64,000 nt of DNA from Bdellovibrionales bacterium (GCA_020434585.1 JAGRAN010000032.1:11013-75012), one strand, 5' to 3'. Numbered from the stretch's first letter, positions 18,502 to 28,142 are shown. Notes: generated by a model from the sequence alone, not told the origin. Translations and numbers: made by a program.

Positions 18502-20083
18502 GAGTTTGTTTCTACTGCAGGCAGTGCTGCTGATTGGTGCAGCGACATACTGCTACGGGCAGCTTAATCCTGATGCAATTGCATACCTCCGTGTTGCCGA
18601 GCACATAATTTCCGGTGAGTTTGGCTTAGCCCTTAACGGCTATTGGTCTCCGTTGTTCAGTTGGCTGCTAGTGCCGCTGCTGCTTCTTGACGCAGACCCA
18701 ATATTCGCAGTTAGAGCGTTGATGGTCATTTCTGCATTAGCCTTCAGCGGAGGTGCATACCTCCTGTTTTGCGAGCTGCGGCTGAGCAGTAAAGTCCTGC
18801 ATGCATCCTTGCTCGGCACGATGCTATTGAGTGTTGCCTTGTCTTATTTTGCCGTTGCCCCGGATCTTTTGATGGCCGGTGGCTTTTTTGTTCTGCTGAG
18901 CCGCCTTATTCGGTCAGACTGGCTGCTCAATCGCAGTGTTGCGATGCAGTGCGGATTCGCAGCAGGGTTCTTGTATCTATGCAAGGCTGCCGCTTTACCG
19001 CTCACATTGGCCGTGCTTGTCGGTGTTTTGCTAATGCACTTCTGGCAGCAGAATGCGTCGAGCAAGCAGCTCCTTAAGTCAGCGCTATTTTTCGTAGCTG
19101 GAACTTCATGTGTCGCCGGGCCGTGGATTTTAATTCTGTCCGTTCACTACGGGTATCCTACTATCTCCACGGTTGCGTCAATTGCACATGCGATTGAGGG
19201 GCCGTGGGACTACAGTCCGCACGGAGAAGTGATTCCAGGGTTCTCTGGAATTTTGATTCCCGAAGCCGGGCGATTGACGACGTGGGAAGAACCAAGTCTT
19301 CAGGACTTTCCTTATTGGTCGCCTTTTCACAGTTCAGCTCTTTTCAAGCATCAAATCTCTTCAATCGCAGTTAATGTGCGGCTTAATTTTGTTTACCTGC
19401 TTTTTTTAATTTGCGCCTTATGTGTCCATCTTCGTATTTATCGCCGAACCGGAAAAGTAGACTCGACTGCTTGGACAAGCATTGTCGTGGTGGGAGCGAA
19501 CGTTTTGGTTTTTCTCCCGACTCATTCAGCTTCGATAAGATATTTTCTTCCAGCAATTCCTTTGCTACTTGCAGCAGTTCTGAAGGCGTTATTCTATGTC
19601 ACTCGCCAAAGTGCTCCTACTTTTAAAATTAGCACGATGTATGCGGCGGCGATTTTGAGCACGGTACTGCTGCTCAAGCCGATTTACGGGATGACGCTGC
19701 GACCGTTTAACGGAGGAGTAGACTACTACCCCATCGGACTGAGGGCCCGAGGTTTGGCAGAGGAGCTGAGAGCGAAGGGTTTAGTTGGACCCATCGTAGG
19801 CGGGAACCCGCTAGGACTTTACTTGTCCTATTTTCTTCGACAGCCGTGGTATGGCGGAGCAGAAGGCTCGTCGATCGGAGACGTGGAAGCGGTTAATGCG
19901 TTGATTGTCATAGTTAACGAAACTACATGGAATAATCGATTACGGCGTTCTTTAAACAGGTCGGATTTTTTTTCGAAGTTTGAGACGAGCCAGACAAACC
20001 ATATGGATGATATTGGACTGCCTGAAGCTGCAATTTACATTGCGAAAAACGCAGATCGGGTCTTAATGGAGAGCCGTAGATGA
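18482..20083 (+). CDS. GT-C-fold membrane glycosyltransferase-like protein (PMT_2/ArnT-like; paralog A)
   Basis: 11-13 TM helices in the N-terminal two thirds plus a C-terminal soluble domain. The first extracytoplasmic loop, PDAIAYLRVAEHIISGEF, resembles the DExxY loop of GT39/GT83 enzymes and is shared with the 26666..28099 paralog. The stop overlaps the rhodanese start (ATGA). Confidence 0.5.
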   Translation: MTAPVAKSLFLLQAVLLIGAATYCYGQLNPDAIAYLRVAEHIISGEFGLALNGYWSPLFSWLLVPLLLLDADPIFAVRALMVISALAFSGGAYLLFCELRLSSKVLHASLLGTMLLSVALSYFAVAPDLLMAGGFFVLLSRLIRSDWLLNRSVAMQCGFAAGFLYLCKAAALPLTLAVLVGVLLMHFWQQNASSKQLLKSALFFVAGTSCVAGPWILILSVHYGYPTISTVASIAHAIEGPWDYSPHGEVIPGFSGILIPEAGRLTTWEEPSLQDFPYWSPFHSSALFKHQISSIAVNVRLNFVYLLFLICALCVHLRIYRRTGKVDSTAWTSIVVVGANVLVFLPTHSASIRYFLPAIPLLLAAVLKALFYVTRQSAPTFKISTMYAAAILSTVLLLKPIYGMTLRPFNGGVDYYPIGLRARGLAEELRAKGLVGPIVGGNPLGLYLSYFLRQPWYGGAEGSSIGDVEAVNALIVIVNETTWNNRLRRSLNRSDFFSKFETSQTNHMDDIGLPEAAIYIAKNADRVLMESRR

Positions 20084-20454
20084 ATTGGCCTTTAGTGTTG
20101 ATTTTGGCCAGCTTGGGGGCCTTTTTTCTGGTTTATTATTTGCGCCATCGGGGCGAGCGAAGCGACGAGCAGCTTAACGAACACTGGCAGCGTATCCAGC
20201 AGGGAGCGTTGATTCTTGACGTTCGCACAGCCCAAGAATTTTCTCAGGGGCATATTGAGGGAGCATTAAACATTCCGCATAACGAGATCGAGCAGCGGAT
20301 TGCGGAGCTCGGCCCTGACAAGTCGAGGATTGTCGTGGCCTACTGCGCGGTTGGCGGGCGTTCCGAAAAGGCGAAGCAGCAGCTGCTGGCCCACGGCTTT
20401 AAGCAGGTCTACAATGCTGGAGGATATATCGATTTGCTTAACAGCAAGAGCTAG
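20080..20454 (+). CDS. Rhodanese-domain sulfurtransferase with an N-terminal TM anchor
   Basis: Single rhodanese domain with active-site Cys loop (ILDVRTAQEFSQGHIEGALNIP ... VVAYCAVGGRS). N-terminal hydrophobic helix. Confidence 0.8.
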   Translation: MNWPLVLILASLGAFFLVYYLRHRGERSDEQLNEHWQRIQQGALILDVRTAQEFSQGHIEGALNIPHNEIEQRIAELGPDKSRIVVAYCAVGGRSEKAKQQLLAHGFKQVYNAGGYIDLLNSKS

Positions 20455-21259
20455 GTGGCGCAGCTTGTCGTACGAATTTATAGAAGATTACAGTCACTGG
20501 ATTTCGGCAGCGGCACTGATACTTCTGCTGTTTTGGGAAACCGCTGTACCTTTCTTTGCCAGCTTTTTTGCAAGTAAATCGGAGAGAGCGATCCACTGCG
20601 GAAGGAATGTTTTGTTGGGGCTGCTAAATGCCTTGATGATTTCCGGATTGTTTGTCGGCAGTTGGGTTTGGGCGGCTGAAACTTCAGAGAACATACACCT
20701 AGGCTTTTTCTATTTGCTCGGCCTCGATGGATGGATTCATGCCTGCTGCAGCATCCTGCTCATGGATTTCTGGACTTATTGGTGGCACCGGATGAACCAT
20801 CGTGTTGCCTTTTTCTGGCGCTTCCATCAGGTGCATCATTCCGACAGGAAAATGGACGTCACTACTTCGTATCGCTTTCATCTGGGAGAAATATTTCTCT
20901 CTTCGCTGTTTCGAACTGGGCTTATTTTACTTTTTGGAATTAAGTTGTGGCACTTAGCGGCCTACGAGGCATTTATGTTTCCGATTGTTATGTTTCACCA
21001 TGCCAACGTCGGTGTGCCCAAGGAAATTGATCGCCTGCTGCGGCTCGTTATCGTTACTCCGGAAATGCACAAGGTGCATCATTCAAACTTTCAGCCGGAA
21101 ACTGATTCAAACTATACTTCGATGCTCTCTATTTGGGATAGGTTGTTTCGCTCCTTTAAGCTGTCTTCCGACTCCCATGGAATTGCATTCGGACTGGAAG
21201 GGCCGGAGCGAGAACACAAAGCGCTCAACGAAATGCTAAAAGCGCCGTTCGGGTCTTAG
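20414..21259 (+). CDS. Fatty-acid hydroxylase / sterol-desaturase superfamily membrane protein
   Basis: Histidine boxes HRMNH, HQVHH, HHANV and HKVHH in a polytopic membrane protein. Start uncertain: ATG at 20414 overlaps the rhodanese gene by 41 bp; TTG at 20465 is an alternative. Confidence 0.7.
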   Translation: MLEDISICLTARARWRSLSYEFIEDYSHWISAAALILLLFWETAVPFFASFFASKSERAIHCGRNVLLGLLNALMISGLFVGSWVWAAETSENIHLGFFYLLGLDGWIHACCSILLMDFWTYWWHRMNHRVAFFWRFHQVHHSDRKMDVTTSYRFHLGEIFLSSLFRTGLILLFGIKLWHLAAYEAFMFPIVMFHHANVGVPKEIDRLLRLVIVTPEMHKVHHSNFQPETDSNYTSMLSIWDRLFRSFKLSSDSHGIAFGLEGPEREHKALNEMLKAPFGS

Positions 21260-22965
21260 TAAACCTGTTCGAAACTATTTAGTACCTGAAGGCCGAGTTC
21301 TCTGTTGTCTAAAGTATTGCTGTGAAGGCTGGGTTTCCAACTCCTCGAAGTTTCAATCCAGTAGCGTACTTTTGGAGCAGAGCCGCAGGTAAGAACGACT
21401 TTGTTAATCTCAGGGCTCGTAAGTTTCAGCTCAACTCCTTGGGACGGGCCGTGAATAGTGACCCTGAGGGGTCTCCTGGATAAATCTGGATTTGCTGCTC
21501 GCAGCAGTAGCTCTGCGTGATGGGTCTCTGGGCTGCAGTCGAGTGAGCCCGTTGACTGCTGCGTGCTCCAGCGAAAGAATTCACCATTGCTGCTTTTCTC
21601 CCAAGTGTAAAAGCCATACTCACCCGATGAGGCTTGCCATGCCGCACCGGCAGCTGCTGCAATCGAGAGAATGATTGTAGAGCTAAGTCGAATGCGGCTG
21701 TGTTCAACATTTAAGCAAGCAGCCATGACAATTGCAGTTAGAATGCTAACTTCATCAAATACCAAATGGGGACCGAAAAAAAGTAATATGACTAAACAGC
21801 TTAACGAGAAAATCGCTGGACTGAGGTAGTTTTGTTCATGGTCTTCGGGGCTGCTAGGACGGACATGGAGTGCAGCCAGCGCGAGAAGAAACAAACCAAG
21901 TCCGATAATTCCTGTTTCGGCCAGCAGGCCAATGTAAAAATTATTCGAATTGTCCGTCCAGGCACCAAGGTTATGGTTTAACTGTAAGCTGTAGAAGGGA
22001 GCCCACTCTGCGAAACGGTCGAAGCCAACACCAAAAAGAGGATTATCCTGCCAAATTTCAATACCGATTTTCCAGAAAACCAATCGAGTGTGGAATGTTT
22101 GTGCAATATTTAGAAAGCTAATCGCGTCCAGACCACGTCGGGCGGCTTCAGGCAGCATTAGAAGGGTGCTTTGATATGAATCGATTTGATACATACGAAG
22201 GTAATCGAGCAGCCCAACGGAACAGAAACCTATTAAAGTTAGCAGCAGCGTTGCTTTGCGCGAATGCGAATAGCAAAACAAGAATAAATAGAGTGCTGCG
22301 CCAAGGATGAAGCTGCGGGAGCCGGTAAGTGAAGCCGAATAGAGCAGGCAGCAGAGCGCAAGCAAGTACAGAATAGTTCCAAACCGATTCTGGGATGTAA
22401 AACCGTTCACGATGAACGGGAGCAGGAGTATCAAGAATATTCCTGCCGCATTCGGATCACTGAAAGTGCTTGTGTAACGTCCGAGTGAGTCCCAGTAGTA
22501 AGTTTGATTTGGAAGCATCAAACTGGTCAGGGTTCCGTTCTTCTGCAGATATCCGACCAATGCTGCGACGGGCAAAGCAGCAGCCATACCTTTCAGCGCA
22601 GACTCTCTGGCAGAAGCACTGTCAGAAAAGATTTTGAACAATATCGGGACAAGGGCGAAGCGAAGCAGATTCTCAAGACCTACCCAGTCGAACGTGCCGA
22701 AGTTTGGCAAAAATGCCAATTTCTCAAAAAAAACTTCGGCGCAGTAGGAAGCAGCGAGAAGGCTAAGCAGCGGTGCCGCCCATATGAGGTCTCCAAGTGT
22801 CCATCGCCGCTTTTCGGACAGCGCGAACACAATCGCAAGGATCAGCGCGGTTCCCGGGCCGAAAATCGTGAGCAGGGGGACTAGAAACCCGAAGAGTAGC
22901 GCTTTTAAGCTGCCAGCTCCTGAATCACCACCGTCTTCTGTCATTCCCAGGCTGTCCTCCCGCAT
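21256..22965 (-). CDS. Wzy_C-domain membrane protein (O-antigen ligase / PglL-type O-oligosaccharyltransferase family)
   Basis: About 12 TM helices. A characteristic Wzy_C block (YSASLTGSRSFILGAALYLFLF) is followed by a large periplasmic loop, then a C-terminal soluble domain. Its stop overlaps the convergent fatty-acid hydroxylase stop. Confidence 0.7.
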   Translation of the reverse strand: MREDSLGMTEDGGDSGAGSLKALLFGFLVPLLTIFGPGTALILAIVFALSEKRRWTLGDLIWAAPLLSLLAASYCAEVFFEKLAFLPNFGTFDWVGLENLLRFALVPILFKIFSDSASARESALKGMAAALPVAALVGYLQKNGTLTSLMLPNQTYYWDSLGRYTSTFSDPNAAGIFLILLLPFIVNGFTSQNRFGTILYLLALCCLLYSASLTGSRSFILGAALYLFLFCYSHSRKATLLLTLIGFCSVGLLDYLRMYQIDSYQSTLLMLPEAARRGLDAISFLNIAQTFHTRLVFWKIGIEIWQDNPLFGVGFDRFAEWAPFYSLQLNHNLGAWTDNSNNFYIGLLAETGIIGLGLFLLALAALHVRPSSPEDHEQNYLSPAIFSLSCLVILLFFGPHLVFDEVSILTAIVMAACLNVEHSRIRLSSTIILSIAAAAGAAWQASSGEYGFYTWEKSSNGEFFRWSTQQSTGSLDCSPETHHAELLLRAANPDLSRRPLRVTIHGPSQGVELKLTSPEINKVVLTCGSAPKVRYWIETSRSWKPSLHSNTLDNRELGLQVLNSFEQVY

Positions 22966-23142
22966 ACAAAGATATACACGAGCGTCGGTAAGCTCGTCTC
23001 CAATTCTTTCCGTGAACTTGGCTTAAGAAAATCTCAATTGTCTCGGCAAATTTGTCAGGTTTGCTTACTATAGCTTGATTTTTCCGGACAGTCGGTATTG
23101 CATAGGTCGGTCTGAGGTGCGCGGCTTAATTGGAGATTTCAA

Positions 23143-23949
23143 ATGCGACAGCTAGTCATCGGCATTTTGTCTATTTGTTTTGGGGTAGTCTTATTCGGAG
23201 CGAGCAGTGCTCAAGCTCAACAGAGTGTTGTTGAAGCGCGGCGCGGATCGTCTGCCGCAGTTGGGGAGGAGGAAGAGGACAGCAGGCCTTGGGGATTTCA
23301 GGTTAGCGCCGGCGTTTACTCAGACTACATGTTTCGCGGAAAAACCGTTTATCCGGGAACTTCAATCCAGCCTTCCGTAACTGGCTGGTATGATTTCGGG
23401 TCAATCGGTTCGTTGAGCTTTAACGTTTGGTCGCACCTGTCCGGGGAGACAGTCGAGCCACCCGAGAAATTTACCGAACTAGACACGACCTTTTCTTATG
23501 ATGTGACCGTTCTCGATTACGTTAACTTCGCAGCGGGATTCATCATGTATCGTTTTCCAGGTAAGTCGGGCAGGATTGCCGATACCAACGAATACTACCT
23601 TGGCCTCGGTGCTAATATTTGGGGTAATCCTACTGTCACTTTTTACAACGACTTCGATATCGGTCGATACCAGTATGCGACTCTCAGCTTCAAACAGCCG
23701 TTTGAGATTGAAGAGGTTGCTCCGGGTTTCGCGCTGATTCCTTACACAGCGTTTGGTTTCGCGTTTAACGCAAACGACGGACCAGTATTTTACGTTGATA
23801 ACGGCTTGGTTACCGTTGACGTCGGTCTGTTGGCTGATATTCCAGTTTGGGAGTTTACGTTGACTCCGAGCATCAACTACACGTTTGAAGCTGACGAAGC
23901 CAATAACAACGAATTCTGGTTCGGATTAGAGTTGAGCTACGCGATTTAG
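23143..23949 (+). CDS. Secreted protein, possibly an outer-membrane beta-barrel
   Basis: Signal peptide (ILSICFGVVLFGASSAQAQQS). Alternating hydrophobic/aromatic beta-strand-like pattern. Ends ELSYAI. Confidence 0.4.
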   Translation: MRQLVIGILSICFGVVLFGASSAQAQQSVVEARRGSSAAVGEEEEDSRPWGFQVSAGVYSDYMFRGKTVYPGTSIQPSVTGWYDFGSIGSLSFNVWSHLSGETVEPPEKFTELDTTFSYDVTVLDYVNFAAGFIMYRFPGKSGRIADTNEYYLGLGANIWGNPTVTFYNDFDIGRYQYATLSFKQPFEIEEVAPGFALIPYTAFGFAFNANDGPVFYVDNGLVTVDVGLLADIPVWEFTLTPSINYTFEADEANNNEFWFGLELSYAI

Positions 23950-25913
23950 AAGCGGCGTTTTCCCTGGCGAGGCATGCGGCGGCGTTTATCTCTGTCGTCA
24001 TGCTCCGCTTCTTCCTCTGCCTGTTTGGCTTCTTCAGCGGCTTGGGCTTTGCGTGCAGCTTCTTCTTGAGCTGCTCGTAGTGCCTTGAGCCGCTTGGCTT
24101 CTTGTTCGCGTTTTAGTTTCAGCTGTTCGAGTTTCTGACGCTCTGCTTCAAGCGCCGCCTTTTGAGCATCGAGTTTGCGCTGCTCTTCAATTAGCTTCTG
24201 CGACTTAGTATCTGAAGAGGTGTTAGCTGGCGCCATTTTTGCCGTTTGCTTCTTTAGCTCCTCGGCTCTCTGCTCGGCGCTCGCAGCGCGCTGCTCATTT
24301 TGAGCGGCTCTTTCCGCAGCCTTTTTAGCTTCTAGCTGCTTCTCTGCGGCAAGCTTCTCTGCCAGCTCGGCTTCTTTTCTTAACTGCTCCGCCTTGCGTT
24401 CTTCTTCTTCACGAAGCCCTCTTAAGTTGTCGACCTCGCTTTTCGCGAGCATCGCCTCTTGCTCAAGCTGCTTTCGGCGGGATTCGGCTTGCTTCAGTGC
24501 CGCCATTGCTTCCAGACGCTTTTGCTCGGCAAGGGTGTTGGCTCGCTCCGCTTGAGCAGAGTACTCTTCGGCTTTCTTTTCTTCTGCCTGACGAACTGCT
24601 CTGAAGGCATCGGCCTCTTGTGCAGCCAGCACTGCGGCCTGCTCAGCAGCGGTCTTCTCGCTTTCGGCGCGTGTTGCGGCCTCTAGTGCTTCTTGACGCT
24701 TCTCTTCTGCAAGTGCTGCTGCGGCCTCTACTTCTTTTCTGATTTCAATTAACTGTTCGAGCTCGATCTGTTCGAGCTGGCGGCGTTTTTCCGCATCGAG
24801 CGCCGCAGCAAATGCTTCCTTCTTTCGTTCTTCAGCGAGTTTCGCAACTTTTGCCAGCTCTTCTTCTTTTTCGCGCCTCAGCTGCTCAAGCTCTTTGAGG
24901 TAAGCTTGCTCCTCTACTACTCGCGGGCTTCGATCCTCGCGAGATGTCAGGTAGAGCGCAGAGCCAGCAAGCAGGAAGGAGGTTGCAGCAAGTGCAATTC
25001 CAATCGGCCGAGTGAAAAAAGTCGACGGTTTAGTCTTGCCGGTTACTGCGTAATAAGCCTTTTCAAAATCTTCAAAAAAGTCCTCGACTTTCTGATAGCG
25101 CTTATCGGCGTCTCTCTCGAGCAGCCGCATGATCGGCTGACTGATTCGATCGTCGATAAACACATCAGGGTTAGCTTCCTTGATCGGGATCGGATCCTCG
25201 TGCACGACTTTAACGAGGGTTTCCATCATTGTGTTGGCCTCAATCGGATACTTTTTCGTGAGCATCTCGTAAGTCATAACCCCGAGCGAATAAAGATCCG
25301 CTCGTGTGTCGATTGACTTTTCGAGACCCTGCTCCGGGGCCATATATCTCGGTGATCCGAAGATCGTGCCTGCTTGCGTAAGTTCAGTGCTTGGTTCTGC
25401 TTGCAGAACTTTTGATATGCCGAAATCTAGAACCTGAGCCCAAGCAGTGCCGTCTCTCCGCTCGGTGATCATAATATTGTCAGGCTTCAGATCGCGGTGA
25501 ATAATATTGTTGCCGTGGGCTTCGGCAAGTGCGCTGCATATTTGGGAAACTATGTTGAACACTCGGTCAAGCGAAAGAGTCCCTTCGTCTTTTAAGATTT
25601 GCTTGAGGGTCTGGCCCTCGATAAATTCCATCGCAAGATAGGGATGCCCCTCTTCAATGCCGTAGTCGTGAAGAGTGATGACATTGGGGTGGCGAATTTT
25701 ACACGCGGTGCGGGCTTCGCGCTGGAAGCGCTTCAAATACTCCTCATCTTTAGCTAGATGGGAATGCAGCAGCTTGAGGGCGATGACGCGGTCAAGGTGA
25801 GTATGCTCTGCTTTATAAACGGCACCCATGCCGCCCCTGCCTAGTTTAGCAAGGATTTTGAACTTACCGGCGATGGTTTTCCCGACCATTGAGTCGGAAG
25901 TTGCCTGGCCCAT
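23946..25913 (-). CDS. Hanks-type Ser/Thr protein kinase with a TM segment and a long Ala/Glu/Lys-rich coiled-coil C-terminal tail
   Basis: Kinase motifs GRGGMGAVY, ALKLL, HRDLKPDNIM, DFGISK, SPRYMAPE. TM helix PIGIALAATSFLLAGSALYL. Then ~330 aa of KAEE/QLE low-complexity repeats. Confidence 0.9.
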   Translation of the reverse strand: MGQATSDSMVGKTIAGKFKILAKLGRGGMGAVYKAEHTHLDRVIALKLLHSHLAKDEEYLKRFQREARTACKIRHPNVITLHDYGIEEGHPYLAMEFIEGQTLKQILKDEGTLSLDRVFNIVSQICSALAEAHGNNIIHRDLKPDNIMITERRDGTAWAQVLDFGISKVLQAEPSTELTQAGTIFGSPRYMAPEQGLEKSIDTRADLYSLGVMTYEMLTKKYPIEANTMMETLVKVVHEDPIPIKEANPDVFIDDRISQPIMRLLERDADKRYQKVEDFFEDFEKAYYAVTGKTKPSTFFTRPIGIALAATSFLLAGSALYLTSREDRSPRVVEEQAYLKELEQLRREKEEELAKVAKLAEERKKEAFAAALDAEKRRQLEQIELEQLIEIRKEVEAAAALAEEKRQEALEAATRAESEKTAAEQAAVLAAQEADAFRAVRQAEEKKAEEYSAQAERANTLAEQKRLEAMAALKQAESRRKQLEQEAMLAKSEVDNLRGLREEEERKAEQLRKEAELAEKLAAEKQLEAKKAAERAAQNEQRAASAEQRAEELKKQTAKMAPANTSSDTKSQKLIEEQRKLDAQKAALEAERQKLEQLKLKREQEAKRLKALRAAQEEAARKAQAAEEAKQAEEEAEHDDRDKRRRMPRQGKRRF

Positions 25914-26074
25914 TTTTCTCTCACAGCATGGGGGGAGCTATCCAGCTAAGAATAGACATTATATCCCTCGGCTTTCAAGGTGTCCTTTTATAAAAATAAG
26001 CCCTGAGTTACTTGAGCTTGTGAGAGATTTGATCAAGGATCAAGCGGCAATTCCGAAGGGAGGAGATTTGATAC

Positions 26075-26656
26075 ATGCTGAGGACACGTTCTAGTAAGTT
26101 TGCCGCACTTATTCTTGGTCTTATTGCAATCGCAGCGTGTATCGGCTGTCAGAGCGACAAGCTGACGACGATAGTTTTGTCGGGCAGGGCACTTTTCCCG
26201 CCGGAGTTTACCGGCTTGGGTGAGCAGGTTCCCGTAGCCAATACCGACTTTGCGGTGCTCGATCTAAGTCTCCCCGGTGACTCAAACGTGGTTGCGGTTG
26301 GCGTGACAGACATCGCCGGAAATTACTTCACACGAATCAACGCTACTCCATCAGTCGCGGTGGTTGTCCTGGGCGCCGTCCGGGTCTCTGGATTAATTGA
26401 TACTACCAGTTCATTTGTCGAGAAGGCCTTTGACGGGATCACTGACGTTGCTTGTGAGGCTGGAGTGACGGCGATAGGTGAGGGCAAAATCTTTCCATTC
26501 GAAATGGATGCCGAGCGAATTTCCAACCTTGAAGCTGGTGCCTTTATGGCTGTTCAGCAGATCGCAGTAGATTATACTGACAGTGATGGTTCGCGAACTG
26601 CCGCTGTTAACCTAACTAGGCAGCTGACCGATGACGGCGCTCATCCGCCGCTATAA
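26075..26656 (+). CDS. Hypothetical lipoprotein
   Basis: Signal peptide plus lipobox (IAIAACIGCQSD). 193 aa, no known motif. Confidence 0.4.
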   Translation: MLRTRSSKFAALILGLIAIAACIGCQSDKLTTIVLSGRALFPPEFTGLGEQVPVANTDFAVLDLSLPGDSNVVAVGVTDIAGNYFTRINATPSVAVVVLGAVRVSGLIDTTSSFVEKAFDGITDVACEAGVTAIGEGKIFPFEMDAERISNLEAGAFMAVQQIAVDYTDSDGSRTAAVNLTRQLTDDGAHPPL

Positions 26657-26665
26657 GTTAGGCAG

Positions 26666-28099
26666 TTAACTTTGTTCTGATTTGCGCTGGACCCAATATC
26701 GTATAAACAGCGCACACTGTATGTAAAGAATTGGATTCAGCACCAAGGTGTATCTGTCGTCGGTGTGAAGCAGATAGGCGTAAGCTGCTGCCTGCGTAAA
26801 AAATATCAGCAACGCCAGAGTGTCGAGTAGGCAAATAGTTCGTCTGACCGCTTGAGATGCGATCGTAATTATGCAAAATCCAGTGAAGATTATCCCGCCT
26901 AAAGGCATGTAGCTGCTGAGATAAATTAGGACATTGGCCCAGAGGGTGCTTAGAGCATTAAGTTTCTTGGGCTGATAAAGCAGTTCGAACTCATCATTAG
27001 TTGCGGTTATCGATCTCACTTGCTGCAATAGAGGCACTTCGCCGAGAAGATACCTATGGGCCGGATTTAGGCTGCTCGGATAATCGTTTTTTAAGTGCAG
27101 CAAATTTAGCAATGTATTTAGTGCCTGGGTGAAGTACTCGCGCGCATGAGATTTCATGTAGTGTTCAAGATAGTCATTGTAGAAATCGTCAATTTGCCGC
27201 TCAGAAAGAGATTGCTGCAGATGTTCTCTGAACACAAAAGCAAATCCCCTGCGAAAATGTTTCTGCTCGGTAGTGTGCTTTTCCCGTTCCTGTTTCAGTT
27301 CGAAGTAGTAGCTGCGCAGCTCTTCGTCTTCTAGCAGGTTAGGGTCAAACATCATTTGGTGCTGAAGCATCTGGACTCGCAGGAAAGCCGTTTCGCTCTT
27401 CGCAAGGCCGATTTCTCCGCTAATAGCTAATCTGTGAATACACCATGGGATAGTCGCTACAAGCAGTCCAGCTGAGAATGCTGCGAGCGCTTTGACGTAG
27501 GCTTTTCGAGAAGGTTTTGCGAGAGTGCAAATCAAGACAAGCAAACCCGCAGTACAAGCAGCCGCGACCAGACCATTTGGACGGATAAGGGCAGCAGCTC
27601 CAAAAAGCAAGCCACTGAACCCCCAAGCGCGAGGGCGAGTCTCGGCGTTAAGGGCGGCAAGCAGTGCTGCGGTGAGGGCAAAGCAAAATGGCGTTTCGGA
27701 GATTATCCATTGAGCATACAGACCCAGAAACGGATCGAGGCATATCAACAAGCCGCAGCCGGCTGAAAGTGTAGCGCCAAATCGACGCTGAAAAGTGCCG
27801 CACACCAGTCCCGCGAGCATCGCCAGAAGCAAATGCTGCGCCAGTGCGACGGCGGCAATTGACTTTCCGGAGAGGCAAAAGATCGCAGCGATAAAAATCG
27901 GGTATCCCGGAGTTCTTACTGCTTCCAAGTCGGAAAACGATCCGCTTTCAATTAAGCCTAGAGCGGCTCGGATATAGCCTACACTATCATTGCTAACTAT
28001 TACCGGTGCGCAGAGAAAGTAGATGACCTGGGCGACTGCTCCCACGGCGGCGACGAGTAGAGCAAGACGAAAGGGAGAGGGTGGTTTAGCATCTGTCAC
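26666..28099 (-). CDS. GT-C-fold membrane glycosyltransferase-like protein (PMT_2/ArnT-like; paralog B)
   Basis: Polytopic membrane protein. The first loop, NDSVGYIRAALGLIESGSF, is alignable to PDAIAYLRVAEHIISGEF of 18482..20083. Soluble C-terminal domain. Confidence 0.5.
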   Translation of the reverse strand: MTDAKPPSPFRLALLVAAVGAVAQVIYFLCAPVIVSNDSVGYIRAALGLIESGSFSDLEAVRTPGYPIFIAAIFCLSGKSIAAVALAQHLLLAMLAGLVCGTFQRRFGATLSAGCGLLICLDPFLGLYAQWIISETPFCFALTAALLAALNAETRPRAWGFSGLLFGAAALIRPNGLVAAACTAGLLVLICTLAKPSRKAYVKALAAFSAGLLVATIPWCIHRLAISGEIGLAKSETAFLRVQMLQHQMMFDPNLLEDEELRSYYFELKQEREKHTTEQKHFRRGFAFVFREHLQQSLSERQIDDFYNDYLEHYMKSHAREYFTQALNTLLNLLHLKNDYPSSLNPAHRYLLGEVPLLQQVRSITATNDEFELLYQPKKLNALSTLWANVLIYLSSYMPLGGIIFTGFCIITIASQAVRRTICLLDTLALLIFFTQAAAYAYLLHTDDRYTLVLNPILYIQCALFIRYWVQRKSEQS

Positions 28100-28142
28100 A
28101 CCGCCATGAAATCAAACTTCTGACGTTATGTCTCGTCTAAGT

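Noticed and set aside
24459-25316. Plus-strand ORFs of 75 and 136 aa inside the kinase gene
   Set aside because: Antisense to a CDS carrying the full Hanks-kinase motif set. They arise from the low-complexity repeat region.
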